48,382 nucleotides of DNA, taken from positions 1 to 48,382 of the IMG/VR virus record IMGVR_UViG_3300033487_000009; one strand, 5' to 3'. How positions within the stretch are numbered: the first letter of the stretch is position 1; each line of letters starts with the position of its first letter. The notes below the pieces were generated by a model. The model was not told the DNA's origin and did not search any database. It saw only the letters and a list, made by a program, of their open reading frames with translations. Shown here in pieces: positions 7,517-15,915 of the stretch. The DNA comes from a virus (lineage: Duplodnaviria > Caudoviricetes). A program made the position numbers and the translations under genes.

Positions 7517-7825
7517 ATGGACCAGAATAAACGTTTCCATACTTTAGCAGGACTTTGCTGGCATGAACAGATGGATAGCCAGACGCTTCAATGTAAGCAT
7601 TGTGGAAAATCAATGATATTCGTGTGGGAAGATAATCCTGACTATAAGGCCGATCCTCGCGAAGTGTTGAAGGTGATGATAGCAAGGGAGGACTATTTTG
7701 TATTTTATAGTGAATGTTTACATGATGCTGACATTATAGAACTAATCCTTGACACAACCGGCCTCCTTAGGGATGCTGCTATTAAGTGGATGGAGGGACG
7801 GAAGGAGAAGCACGATGAGATATAA
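7517..7825 (+). CDS. Hypothetical protein, paralogue of 46902-47180 (possibly Phage ABA sandwich-like)
   Basis: Shares MDxNKRF..LAG and PDYKADPREVLKVM...LRDAAI.W with the 47180 gene. Confidence 0.7.
   Translation: MDQNKRFHTLAGLCWHEQMDSQTLQCKHCGKSMIFVWEDNPDYKADPREVLKVMIAREDYFVFYSECLHDADIIELILDTTGLLRDAAIKWMEGRKEKHDEI
7640..7746 (+). repeat. 107-bp perfect inverted repeat, copy A
   Basis: Identical to the reverse complement of 46990-47096. Confidence 0.9.
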
Positions 7826-8048
7826 TAGAAATGAAGCAGGATATTCACCGGAACAACGATCTTCAATTCTTACAGGAGAACCAAGAACTGACGGAAGTGG
7901 TCTATCTACCCCACTCAGAAAGTGCAAAAAGTGTGGAAAGAAATTTATTGATTACCGCAACAACTGTCAAAAATGTAGTGGGATGACTAACTTTTGCGAT
8001 GAGTGTATTGAGAAACAGAAAGGAGAAAGCAATGGACAAGGCAACTAA
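7815..8048 (+). CDS. Small zinc-binding protein
   Basis: CKKC, CQKC, CDEC; AAGGAG upstream of MRYNRNE. Confidence 0.5.
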   Translation: MRYNRNEAGYSPEQRSSILTGEPRTDGSGLSTPLRKCKKCGKKFIDYRNNCQKCSGMTNFCDECIEKQKGESNGQGN

Positions 8049-8802
8049 GAAGGAAATACAAAAGAAAATTGACGATTGCATTGATGATCTTGCCTTCACT
8101 AAAGGAAGGTTAGGGGACATCAGTGATATAATCAGGTATGAACCTACCGACGAAACTCCTCAACCAGAACAACAGCCTGTAGAGAAACCTGCCGAACCTG
8201 CGATTGTGGTGCCGACGGAATATAAGGTGTCGGACTACGTGGGTACAGACTCAGCTCCGATCTTTATTAACTCGGATATATTTGCCTATTTCAACTTCAT
8301 TCCTACGGAAGGATATGGATGGTTGTCCAGTCAATTCGCTCAGGCCTTAAGTATGATTTCCAAGATCATATGTGACAAATACTCAAACCGTGCAGCTCGT
8401 ATGATGGAGATCATTCAAGCCTGTCCGATGCAGGGCAGAGAGTTCCCCAACAACCCCGCTCATACTTGGGATGGCCTATGCGCTGACCTTCATTACTATA
8501 CGAGAGGCGAGACGAACCACACACAGTATAGCCCAGACGGAAAGCCACTTGTCAAGATATGGGATGACAATGGGAAACTTACGCCCCTATTCGACATCGA
8601 GCGAAACCGTGAACTCGTAAAACTCTTCAGGATCATTTGCCCCTATGGTGAGATCGTCATGGACGAAAGGATCATCGAACAGGCCGGGTATCAAGACTTG
8701 GGAATCACAGGCGACAAGCCTAAGTATCGTAACCACGATACGCATATCCACATGCAGTGGAAACTCTATCGGATCAACCTTGGTGCGGTGATTAAGGTTT
8801 AA
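8032..8802 (+). CDS. LAS-type (M15/MepA-like) Zn peptidase, putative murein endopeptidase
   Basis: AHTWDGLCADLHY (H...G...D) and HDTHIH (HxH). AAGGAG RBS before MDKATKK. Confidence 0.55.
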   Translation: MDKATKKEIQKKIDDCIDDLAFTKGRLGDISDIIRYEPTDETPQPEQQPVEKPAEPAIVVPTEYKVSDYVGTDSAPIFINSDIFAYFNFIPTEGYGWLSSQFAQALSMISKIICDKYSNRAARMMEIIQACPMQGREFPNNPAHTWDGLCADLHYYTRGETNHTQYSPDGKPLVKIWDDNGKLTPLFDIERNRELVKLFRIICPYGEIVMDERIIEQAGYQDLGITGDKPKYRNHDTHIHMQWKLYRINLGAVIKV

Positions 8803-8811
8803 GGAGGAGAC

Positions 8812-9384
8812 ATGAAAGGCTTGGCATTTTCAGACCCAATGATGATCGCGTGGCTGGCTGGGAGAAAGACTGTCATGCGAGAGTTGATGAAGCATCAGCC
8901 GGGAGATATTCATCCTTATCTTCTTCGTCTTAATTCTAAGCCCCGCTACCTTCCTGGCGAGACGGTCTATATAAAAGAGGCGTGGAGTGTTGAATCAGGC
9001 CATTTGAGCGAAAGTGCTTACTCATTGGGATACTATATAGAATATAAAGTTGGAGGACAAAAGGATTTATTTGCACATTCATGTCCTATTTCCAAAGAAG
9101 AATTATTGAGATTTTATGATTCCCAACGTGGAGTTTGGAGGCCGTCCCGCTTCATGCCTGAATGGGCCAGTAGGTCTCATGCTCTGATTGTCTCAAACAG
9201 GCGAGAAAGGATTATGGCGATAACGGAAGATGAAGCAATAAAGGAGGGCGTGGAACCATTTATATTAAATGGTATTCCTGATTACGAGGAAGGTTTCGTG
9301 CTTTTGTGGGAACAAATTCACGGTCATGAATCTTGGGATCGCAACGATTGGGTATTTAGATACGAATTGGAGAAAATATCATGA
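8812..9384 (+). CDS. ASCH/PUA-domain phage protein
   Basis: F..PM..A..AGRKT..R, PGETVYIKEAW, WRPSRFMPEWASR, ITEDEAIKEGV, SWDRNDWV. Confidence 0.8.
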   Translation: MKGLAFSDPMMIAWLAGRKTVMRELMKHQPGDIHPYLLRLNSKPRYLPGETVYIKEAWSVESGHLSESAYSLGYYIEYKVGGQKDLFAHSCPISKEELLRFYDSQRGVWRPSRFMPEWASRSHALIVSNRRERIMAITEDEAIKEGVEPFILNGIPDYEEGFVLLWEQIHGHESWDRNDWVFRYELEKIS

Positions 9385-9719
9385 GCGAGAAACTGACTGA
9401 GGATAGAAAGACAATACATCTATTTATGAAAGATTGCGACTATGGGCGAAAATTGTATACTTATGATCCTCCTGTATGTGATGGTTGTGAAGGTTGCAAG
9501 CGTGAATTTGATGCAGACGACATGATGGCGGTCAAGGAGGCAATAGATAAGGCGGGAAAGTGGACTTCATTCTTTAATTACACCCATTCACATTACTATC
9601 CTGAAGACTTAGACCCGATAAGGGATAATGTATTTGCCTGTATAACAGGCTGGCTTATCAACCCTCCCCGTTTCTGCAAACTTGCGGCTGAGTGGTTGAG
9701 GAAGGAGAAAGTATGCTGA
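9381..9719 (+). CDS. Hypothetical protein
   Basis: ATGA-coupled; C-terminal WLINPPRFCKLAAEWL. Confidence 0.6.
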   Translation: MSEKLTEDRKTIHLFMKDCDYGRKLYTYDPPVCDGCEGCKREFDADDMMAVKEAIDKAGKWTSFFNYTHSHYYPEDLDPIRDNVFACITGWLINPPRFCKLAAEWLRKEKVC

Positions 9720-9895
9720 CACTCGAAGTACATAACCTGGACGGATTGCCGAACTCAACTTATCATTATACCGTAAAAGTAAATAATACCGTAATCGCTC
9801 AAGGAGAGATACAACATTTTCGTGATAATGGATGGATGATGTTAATTTCTAAAATCCTGGATCACGAAAAAGATAAGTATGAGAGGAAACCATAA
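9713..9895 (+). CDS. Hypothetical protein
   Basis: AAGGAG RBS before MLTLEVHN. Confidence 0.55.
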   Translation: MLTLEVHNLDGLPNSTYHYTVKVNNTVIAQGEIQHFRDNGWMMLISKILDHEKDKYERKP

Positions 9896-10695
9896 TGGAA
9901 CAAGGCATTTATCCAAACATTTCGCATAGTGAATATCATGCCATGAAGGATATTGTGTCAAATTCCTATCTTCAGAGACTGAATGAATGCCCGGCAAGCG
10001 CACGATTGCCTATGGAGGAGACACCGGCATTGATCTTCGGAAGGGCATTTCATTCCTTCCTTCTGGACCCCAAGGAATCATTTGACAGAGACTTTGCGGT
10101 GTGTCATTCCAACGATCAACGAACGAAGATATGGAAAGAATTTGCAGAACAAAACAAAGGGAAAACAATCATAGGCCACGATGATTACATAAAAATTGGT
10201 GAAATGTATGGCGCGATTGCCACTCATCCTCTGGCCGCTCCGTTACTTATGAAGGGTCGATCCGAAATGTCCGTATTCTGGACGGATGAAGAAACGGGCC
10301 TTCCCTGTAAATGCCGACCGGATAGAATACCGGATGGGGATCACGGGGTCATTCTTGACCTGAAAACAGTAAGAAATGCGGATGTCCATGCTTTCACAAG
10401 GGCTTGCATGACTTACGGATATGCAAGAGAGGCCGGGATGTATATTGCTGGATTCAATGCCGTTTCCTCTGCCAAAGTGGATTCCTTCATGTTTATTGTT
10501 ATCGAAAAGGACCCTCCTTACAGAACGGAAGTTTATGTTATGGAGGATTTATTTGTTGAACATGGTCAATCAGAATTCCACAGATTATTGAGAATAGAGA
10601 AGGAATGTCGGGAAAAGAACTTATGGCCCCATTGGAAAAATGAAGCAATCCGTGGTCTATTTTTACCTTATTATGCCGGAATAGGAGATGAATGA
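9895..10695 (+). CDS. RecE/exonuclease VIII-like PD-(D/E)XK nuclease (DUF3799-like)
   Basis: GIYPNI...YH, GRAFH, E.S.FW.D.ETGLPCKCRPD, ILDLKT, F.F.VIEK.PPY. Confidence 0.85.
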   Translation: MEQGIYPNISHSEYHAMKDIVSNSYLQRLNECPASARLPMEETPALIFGRAFHSFLLDPKESFDRDFAVCHSNDQRTKIWKEFAEQNKGKTIIGHDDYIKIGEMYGAIATHPLAAPLLMKGRSEMSVFWTDEETGLPCKCRPDRIPDGDHGVILDLKTVRNADVHAFTRACMTYGYAREAGMYIAGFNAVSSAKVDSFMFIVIEKDPPYRTEVYVMEDLFVEHGQSEFHRLLRIEKECREKNLWPHWKNEAIRGLFLPYYAGIGDE

Positions 10696-11168
10696 AAATG
10701 CAAAAAATAGTTATCAATGTTCAATATGGTGGATTTGGTTTGTCGCCGTTGGCACTCAAACGTCTTGCCGAATTACAGGGGAGGGAATGCTATTTTTTTA
10801 AGAAAGAAAATTTGCTCAAGGGACCCTATATTCCAATAACGATAGAAGAAGCCACAGCGGAATTAATGTTTGACGCTTTTGATATTCCTAATCCAAACGA
10901 TGTATTACCGAAACAAGATAATTGGTGGGAATTATCTGACGAGGAAAGAAGGATATCAAACCAAAAATACAAGGAACATGAAATTAATGACCGTAACCTT
11001 AATCGAACCGATAAGCATCTCGTGCAGGTCGTAAAGGAATTAAAGGAGAAGGCCAACGGACAATGTGCCACTCTGAAAATTGTTGATGTTCCCGATAATG
11101 TGGAATGGGAGATTGAAGAATATGATGGGAATGAATGGGTTGCGGAAAAACATAGGAGGTGGGATTAA
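10692..11168 (+). CDS. Conserved phage hypothetical protein
   Basis: KIVIN..YGGFGLS ... LVQVV.EL...ANG.CA.LKIVDVPD...WEIEEYDG.EWVAEKHR.W. Confidence 0.75.
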   Translation: MKMQKIVINVQYGGFGLSPLALKRLAELQGRECYFFKKENLLKGPYIPITIEEATAELMFDAFDIPNPNDVLPKQDNWWELSDEERRISNQKYKEHEINDRNLNRTDKHLVQVVKELKEKANGQCATLKIVDVPDNVEWEIEEYDGNEWVAEKHRRWD

Positions 11169-12073
11169 TGTCTGAACAAACAAGGCCACAATGGGAAGTA
11201 GCGATATACGATCCGAAAGTAAAGGAAAGATTCCTTGAGGTAGTTACTGAACCGGAATATTTCAAGGAAGTTATTTTTGCACGGCAAATCGTAGCGGGAA
11301 GTGAAGCCCTACAAAAGTGTTCTGCTGATAGTATCCGAGCAGCCATTGTAAATATAGCCCTGACCGGAACAACCCTGAATCCCGCATTACAGCAAGCATT
11401 TCTTGTGCCTCGTAAGTGCAAGGCAGTTTTGGATTTCTCATATAGGGGGTTGATAGGCATCGCATGCAGTACGGGAAATGTGAAAAGCATGAACGCTCAA
11501 GTCGTTTATGAATGGGATTCCTTCTCGTTTGAAATGGGGTCAAGCCCGTTCATTCATTACGCTATGAATCTGAATCCGCCCGTTGATGTTGAGGAAATAG
11601 CAAAAAACCCCAAAAAGATATGGGATCATGTCACTTGTGCATTCTCAACAGCAACCCTACTTGACGGATCAATCGACTTTGTTGTACTACCAAAATATAA
11701 GTTATGGAAAATATATCAGACGTCTGAAGGGAAAGACAACGCGAAAATGCCGTGGTCAACGTGGCCGGAGGAACAGATACGCAAGACTGTCATTAAATAC
11801 CACTCCAAGACGCTTCCCAAGCAGGGTAACGATAGACTTGCTACCGCCGTTTCAATCTTGAATCAACATGAAGGTCTTTCGCTCAAGGATGAATCCAAGG
11901 CAAAAGAAGTGATGAAAAGGTTCTCCTTGAATAAAGAGGATGTTCCTCAAGATAAGGACATTCCGTTAGTGCATTGCCATGAAAAGAACGCAGAGATACC
12001 GGAAAACGAATGTCTGTCATTCAGAGACAAGAAAGAAGCGGAAGGGAATAAATGTCTGGGTTGGAAAACATAA
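11168..12073 (+). CDS. recT: RecT/Red-beta family single-strand annealing protein
   Basis: LQKCS..SI..A....A..G..LNP...QAFLVPR, SYRGLI, AQVVYE.D.F, PW..W.EEQ.RKTVIK. Downstream of the RecE-like gene. Confidence 0.88.
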   Translation: MSEQTRPQWEVAIYDPKVKERFLEVVTEPEYFKEVIFARQIVAGSEALQKCSADSIRAAIVNIALTGTTLNPALQQAFLVPRKCKAVLDFSYRGLIGIACSTGNVKSMNAQVVYEWDSFSFEMGSSPFIHYAMNLNPPVDVEEIAKNPKKIWDHVTCAFSTATLLDGSIDFVVLPKYKLWKIYQTSEGKDNAKMPWSTWPEEQIRKTVIKYHSKTLPKQGNDRLATAVSILNQHEGLSLKDESKAKEVMKRFSLNKEDVPQDKDIPLVHCHEKNAEIPENECLSFRDKKEAEGNKCLGWKT

Positions 12074-12321
12074 ATTTTCCATTTTCAGGTTTCCGGCCAC
12101 CGCCTTGTGAAAGGCCGGATTATGAGGAGGCCAAAATGCTTCATGAAGGAATCAAAATGGACCGATATAGTGAAATGAGGCCATGCCCGAAGTGTGGGGG
12201 ACACGCAAGTACACATCATTATTATGGAGATTTTTTGCAAAGGTATTGTACGAGATGTGGATATGAGTGGAGGGAGAAATCTCTGGATAGTTATGATGAG
12301 TATCTGCCGATAAAAGAATGA
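12052..12321 (+). CDS. Zinc-ribbon protein
   Basis: CPKCG...CTRCGYEW. Start uncertain. Confidence 0.55.
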   Translation: MSGLENINFPFSGFRPPPCERPDYEEAKMLHEGIKMDRYSEMRPCPKCGGHASTHHYYGDFLQRYCTRCGYEWREKSLDSYDEYLPIKE

Positions 12322-12494
12322 AAACACTTGAATCCCTTGTAAAAGCTCAGAATGAATATATAAACCTTTTGGTTGACGAGCAACGGGAATGTATTGGACT
12401 TGCAACCGTTCATGGATGGAAATCCGAGCGATTTGAGCAAGGGAAAAAACTTCGTGATAAGATCGCAGAACTTCGGATAGCGATTGGAATTTAG
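12318..12494 (+). CDS. Hypothetical protein (58 aa)
   Basis: Hand-translated MKTLESLVKAQNEYI...HGWKSERFEQGKKLR; ATGA coupling. Confidence 0.55.
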   Translation: MKTLESLVKAQNEYINLLVDEQRECIGLATVHGWKSERFEQGKKLRDKIAELRIAIGI

Positions 12495-12502
12495 GAGGAG
12501 CT

Positions 12503-12688
12503 ATGAGTGACGATCAATATCATAAAATTTCTCAGGAAAACATGGAGAGGATCATTAAAACAATAACGGATATTGTTCCAATGTGCTTTGCCGGAATCGA
12601 CAGGACAGATAAGAATCTTGATTCATGCAAAATATCGTTCTATTGGGTTGGTAATGTGTTAAGAATTGATATCAAATGGATATCTTAA
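12503..12688 (+). CDS. Hypothetical protein
   Basis: AGGAGG RBS; YWVGNVLRIDIK. Confidence 0.6.
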   Translation: MSDDQYHKISQENMERIIKTITDIVPMCFAGIDRTDKNLDSCKISFYWVGNVLRIDIKWIS

Positions 12689-12769
12689 AGATCATTTGCC
12701 TCCTTATTTCAGGTCTATGTGGTTCTTCCGCCATGTGAAAAGAACCACAATAAAAAGGAGTTGCGAACA

Positions 12770-13045
12770 ATGGGAACATTAGAAATCCTAATCATCGTAA
12801 TCACCGTAGGTATAAGTTATGGCTTTGGTTGTTTGTGTGGATATCAATCCGCAAAAAGATACTACTCAAAAAATATTGACCTGAGGGGCTACCGGGTCAG
12901 TGAAGCCTTTGCCTTCTTCCTTAAACGGGAAATCTACCGGCATGAAGGTGATATCGCAAGGGCAAAAGATGAATTGGAATTTCTCAAGACTAAGGGGATC
13001 GTAGCCCCGGATTTACCTTTGGACAGATGGATTAAGGTGAAATAA
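12770..13045 (+). CDS. Membrane-anchored hypothetical protein
   Basis: AAGGAG RBS before MGTLEIL; N-terminal TM helix. Confidence 0.55.
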   Translation: MGTLEILIIVITVGISYGFGCLCGYQSAKRYYSKNIDLRGYRVSEAFAFFLKREIYRHEGDIARAKDELEFLKTKGIVAPDLPLDRWIKVK

Positions 13046-13057
13046 TAGGAGGTTAAA

Positions 13058-13855
13058 ATGTGTAATGCATTTTCTTGTTTGGTAACACGAGGAGGAAAGG
13101 TTTACTGGAAGGCTGGCATAGATTCCCATGAGGCATTGATTTATATGTTTAAGGGACTTGATAACAATCTGTCAGATGATAAGACACCACCCCTTAATAC
13201 GTTTGCCCGAATTGAAATTGTGCCTCCAAGGCAAGACTATCTAAACACGGACTTCAAAAAATGGAAATACAAGATTGATGAAAAAATTAAGCCCGAATTT
13301 CTGTCGGACGAACACAAAGGATTGTGCAGGACGGAACTCGATAAATGGGCTGAAGAGATTTATAGTAAAATCAATCTTGAAGAGGCGCGTAATCCCATTA
13401 ATCCGTTTCATATGAAACCACCTAAAAAGATAACCGAAAAACACATTAAACTATTAAGGCAATGGAGAAATGTGTGGAATTACGTTGAGGACAGTGTATG
13501 GAATAGCATATTATACGAAACTGGAGAAGACGTTGGAAGAGATGTATGGTTGAATGGTTTTGATGAAACAGGTATATTGGACAATACATTGAAGGGAATA
13601 GGGGGTGTTGTGAATGAAGGAGTATGGTCTATATGGGGTTCCGTAAAATCCAGTATTAGGGCTTATTATGGATCGTTATTTCCGGGCATAAAAGAGTGGA
13701 AGGGCGTAACCTCAAAAGATGGAAGCTACCCATTTCAGTCCGCTGTTGACCTATGGAAACAGGGTCTTGTGCCAAGTTACGATGGTAAAGTATGGAGATT
13801 GCACGGTTGTAAGGATGCGAAAATACTGTGGGAAGGTGAAATAAATCATGAATAA
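13058..13855 (+). CDS. Phage protein with degenerate VW-x-S tetrapeptide repeat region
   Basis: N-terminal MCNAFSCLV...DSHE...FARIEIVPP domain, central VWNYVEDSVWNS repeats, C-terminal YPFQSAVDLWKQGLVPSYDGKVWRLH. Confidence 0.75.
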   Translation: MCNAFSCLVTRGGKVYWKAGIDSHEALIYMFKGLDNNLSDDKTPPLNTFARIEIVPPRQDYLNTDFKKWKYKIDEKIKPEFLSDEHKGLCRTELDKWAEEIYSKINLEEARNPINPFHMKPPKKITEKHIKLLRQWRNVWNYVEDSVWNSILYETGEDVGRDVWLNGFDETGILDNTLKGIGGVVNEGVWSIWGSVKSSIRAYYGSLFPGIKEWKGVTSKDGSYPFQSAVDLWKQGLVPSYDGKVWRLHGCKDAKILWEGEINHE

Positions 13856-14030
13856 GATCGGAAGACTTATCAAGGATGTCTATTATCTTGGATTACGACT
13901 TGGATGGAGATACTGGAAGGTGGAAAACGATGTAATCAAGTATCCGCAATATTATCAAGGTATTAACATTATTCCATGTAAAATTAGGGGGCGTATGATT
14001 TTAGTCATAGCCCCCTCAAGAATTGAATGA
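13848..14030 (+). CDS. Hypothetical protein
   Basis: Last ORF of the plus block. Confidence 0.4.
   Translation: MNKIGRLIKDVYYLGLRLGWRYWKVENDVIKYPQYYQGINIIPCKIRGRMILVIAPSRIE
13986..14016. terminator. Hairpin at the convergence of the plus and minus transcription blocks
   Basis: AGGGGGC-G-TATGA-N6-TCATA-GCCCCCT; only weak U-tracts. Confidence 0.45.
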
Positions 14031-14034
14031 CGAG

Positions 14035-14481
14035 TTACTTATCACTTCCCTTGATTTTTCCGTACTGTCGGGCAGCCGTATAACCGAGATAACCAGTCGT
14101 AAACGTCCACCAAAGAGCTTCAGGAACGGCCTTGAATCCTTCCGCTACATTGACGTAAAACTGAGCCGTTTGTAGAGGAAAGAAGATGCCAATAAACGGG
14201 GCGAATAAAACCAGCGAAAGAAGCAACAAATAGAACACATACATGAAGGCTGGTCTGGCGCGAGACGTCCAGCGATCCGTGCTGGATGCCTCGGCCACCA
14301 TGATACTAACCCGCGCCTGTTCTATGTTGGTTTCTAATTCCTGGACCTTCAGGGCCAATTCTGCGGCTTTGTTGGCATCTAAAGGTTCCTTCCCGGTGAA
14401 GGCCGTTCTTAAATCTTTTGCTAATTGACCAATTCCACTGAAAAGGCCGCCGACATCTAAATTGGCAAGGCTGATACTCAT
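14035..14481 (-). CDS. Holin, 3TM GTA-type family
   Basis: AEASSTDRWTSRARPAFMY motif followed by TM helices and GYLGY...R..GK. Confidence 0.85.
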   Translation of the reverse strand: MSISLANLDVGGLFSGIGQLAKDLRTAFTGKEPLDANKAAELALKVQELETNIEQARVSIMVAEASSTDRWTSRARPAFMYVFYLLLLSLVLFAPFIGIFFPLQTAQFYVNVAEGFKAVPEALWWTFTTGYLGYTAARQYGKIKGSDK

Positions 14482-14489
14482 ACCATATC

Positions 14490-14648
14490 CTATTTCTTCA
14501 GATTATCAACAACGGATTCCAGATATGCAGCCTTTGCATTGGCATCCGCCAAGGCTTTGTCAAATTTATCCTTGTTGTTTCTAATGATCAAAAGACACGC
14601 CACTGCCACAATAATCGCCGTTACTACTACCGCAATCAAGATATCCAT
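14490..14648 (-). CDS. Small TM plus coiled-coil protein (possible spanin-like)
   Basis: AAGGAG RBS; MDILIAVVVTAIIVAVACLLII followed by a helical tail. Confidence 0.55.
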   Translation of the reverse strand: MDILIAVVVTAIIVAVACLLIIRNNKDKFDKALADANAKAAYLESVVDNLKK

Positions 14649-14658
14649 TTCTTTCTCC

Positions 14659-14949
14659 TTACTTCCAGTTAGGGAAGTATTTGTCAAGGGCCGCTGTCAA
14701 GGCCGGGTTTACGGAATCAGAGGCAAGGTAAGCCTCCCTTGTAGCATACTGATCAAGGAACTTCTTCGCTTCGTCCTTATCATATTCTCCGTCGAATGAA
14801 GAAGGCGTATAGGAAATACCCGTACCAGCATCGGGCGGTAGAGGATCGGTACTACCGAACACAGGTTGTTTAGGTTCCAATATTAATGCCAGTAATTTAT
14901 CCAATTTTTTATCTAATTGATCCAAAGCAATTTTCAAATCGTATTCCAT
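14659..14949 (-). CDS. Hypothetical protein in lysis cassette
   Basis: AAGGAG RBS before MEYDLK. Confidence 0.6.
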   Translation of the reverse strand: MEYDLKIALDQLDKKLDKLLALILEPKQPVFGSTDPLPPDAGTGISYTPSSFDGEYDKDEAKKFLDQYATREAYLASDSVNPALTAALDKYFPNWK

Positions 14950-14988
14950 GATTTCTCCTTTCAAATAGGCCAATAATACCTTATTACA

Positions 14989-15612
14989 CTAAAACTCCCA
15001 ACTTAACCCGCCGTATATCTTCATGGCGGAAAAGTCGTCTGTACGGGTCATGATCCAATAAGGATTACCCATCTTGTCCAGACCATCATAATCGGCCTTT
15101 ATTTGAAGATACCGATAACCTATGGATAAATCAGCCGACAATCCCTTCCAGATTGGGTATTTCGCGCCAACCCCCACTTCAGCCCCGAAACTGTCAGCCA
15201 AGGTCAAACGGTAATGATCCGACATCGGCATGGTGTAAACACCTGAGCCAAGATCATATCCGTAGGTTTTGCACTGTTCGATATAGATAGCTTCCCATGC
15301 GAACGTATTAGGGTCATAATCTGGCTTGTAGTAGCCGAATTGACCATAGACCCATACATGGTCAAAGGTTTGCTTATAACCCACTGAGAGGCTATTCAGG
15401 GCCATTTCCTGACCATAGAGGTTGAAGTCCTCACGTTCGATTGAACTATAAAATCCCTTATGGCCCAATAAAATCTTTAACGAGTTTCCAGATTTTATGC
15501 CATCCAGTGAGTAAATGGATCGACCATAAGAGGCTGATAAATCAAAGGCGTAGACGGGTTGGCAAATACAGGAAGTTAACAAAAGTGTTAATAAGATGAT
15601 CTTCTTCATCAT
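14989..15612 (-). CDS. Outer-membrane beta-barrel protein (OmpA/Lom/Ail-size)
   Basis: Signal peptide MMKKIILLTLLLTSCICQPVYA; alternating beta strands (LSVGYK, AEVGVGAKY, ADLSIGYRYL); C-terminal beta-signal IYGGLSWEF. Confidence 0.75.
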   Translation of the reverse strand: MMKKIILLTLLLTSCICQPVYAFDLSASYGRSIYSLDGIKSGNSLKILLGHKGFYSSIEREDFNLYGQEMALNSLSVGYKQTFDHVWVYGQFGYYKPDYDPNTFAWEAIYIEQCKTYGYDLGSGVYTMPMSDHYRLTLADSFGAEVGVGAKYPIWKGLSADLSIGYRYLQIKADYDGLDKMGNPYWIMTRTDDFSAMKIYGGLSWEF

Positions 15613-15914
15613 TTCTTCCCCATGTAAGTTATCGAGTAGTGGTTTCCATCTCCAAATCTGCCTCCCCATCGACAAGATACATCCAACGATTCCCAAAATT
15701 CTCCGAACGGTTTGTGATCACTCGTACCCGTTAAGTAGGCATCCCCTTTGAATAAATCAATATCCACGGCAAGTCCATCATAATGGAGGGAATTGGTCAT
15801 ATGTTTCAGGCCGTCTTTACCGAGAAGGGGAGAATACCCATCGTCGATCATCTTTTTGATCAACAACGGGATGAGGCTGGTAAACAATGCGCGCTTTTCT
15901 CTGAGTTCGCTCAT
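15609..15914 (-). CDS. Endolysin, peptidase M15 (L-Ala-D-Glu peptidase type)
   Basis: NSLHYDGLAVDIDL (SxHxxGxAxD), WGGRF, DGNHYS. Confidence 0.88.
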   Translation of the reverse strand: MSELREKRALFTSLIPLLIKKMIDDGYSPLLGKDGLKHMTNSLHYDGLAVDIDLFKGDAYLTGTSDHKPFGEFWESLDVSCRWGGRFGDGNHYSITYMGKK

Positions 15915-15915
15915 A

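Noticed and set aside
7640-7746. DGR template/variable repeat pair
   Set aside because: The core is 100% identical, flanking differences are not adenine-specific, and no reverse transcriptase is present.
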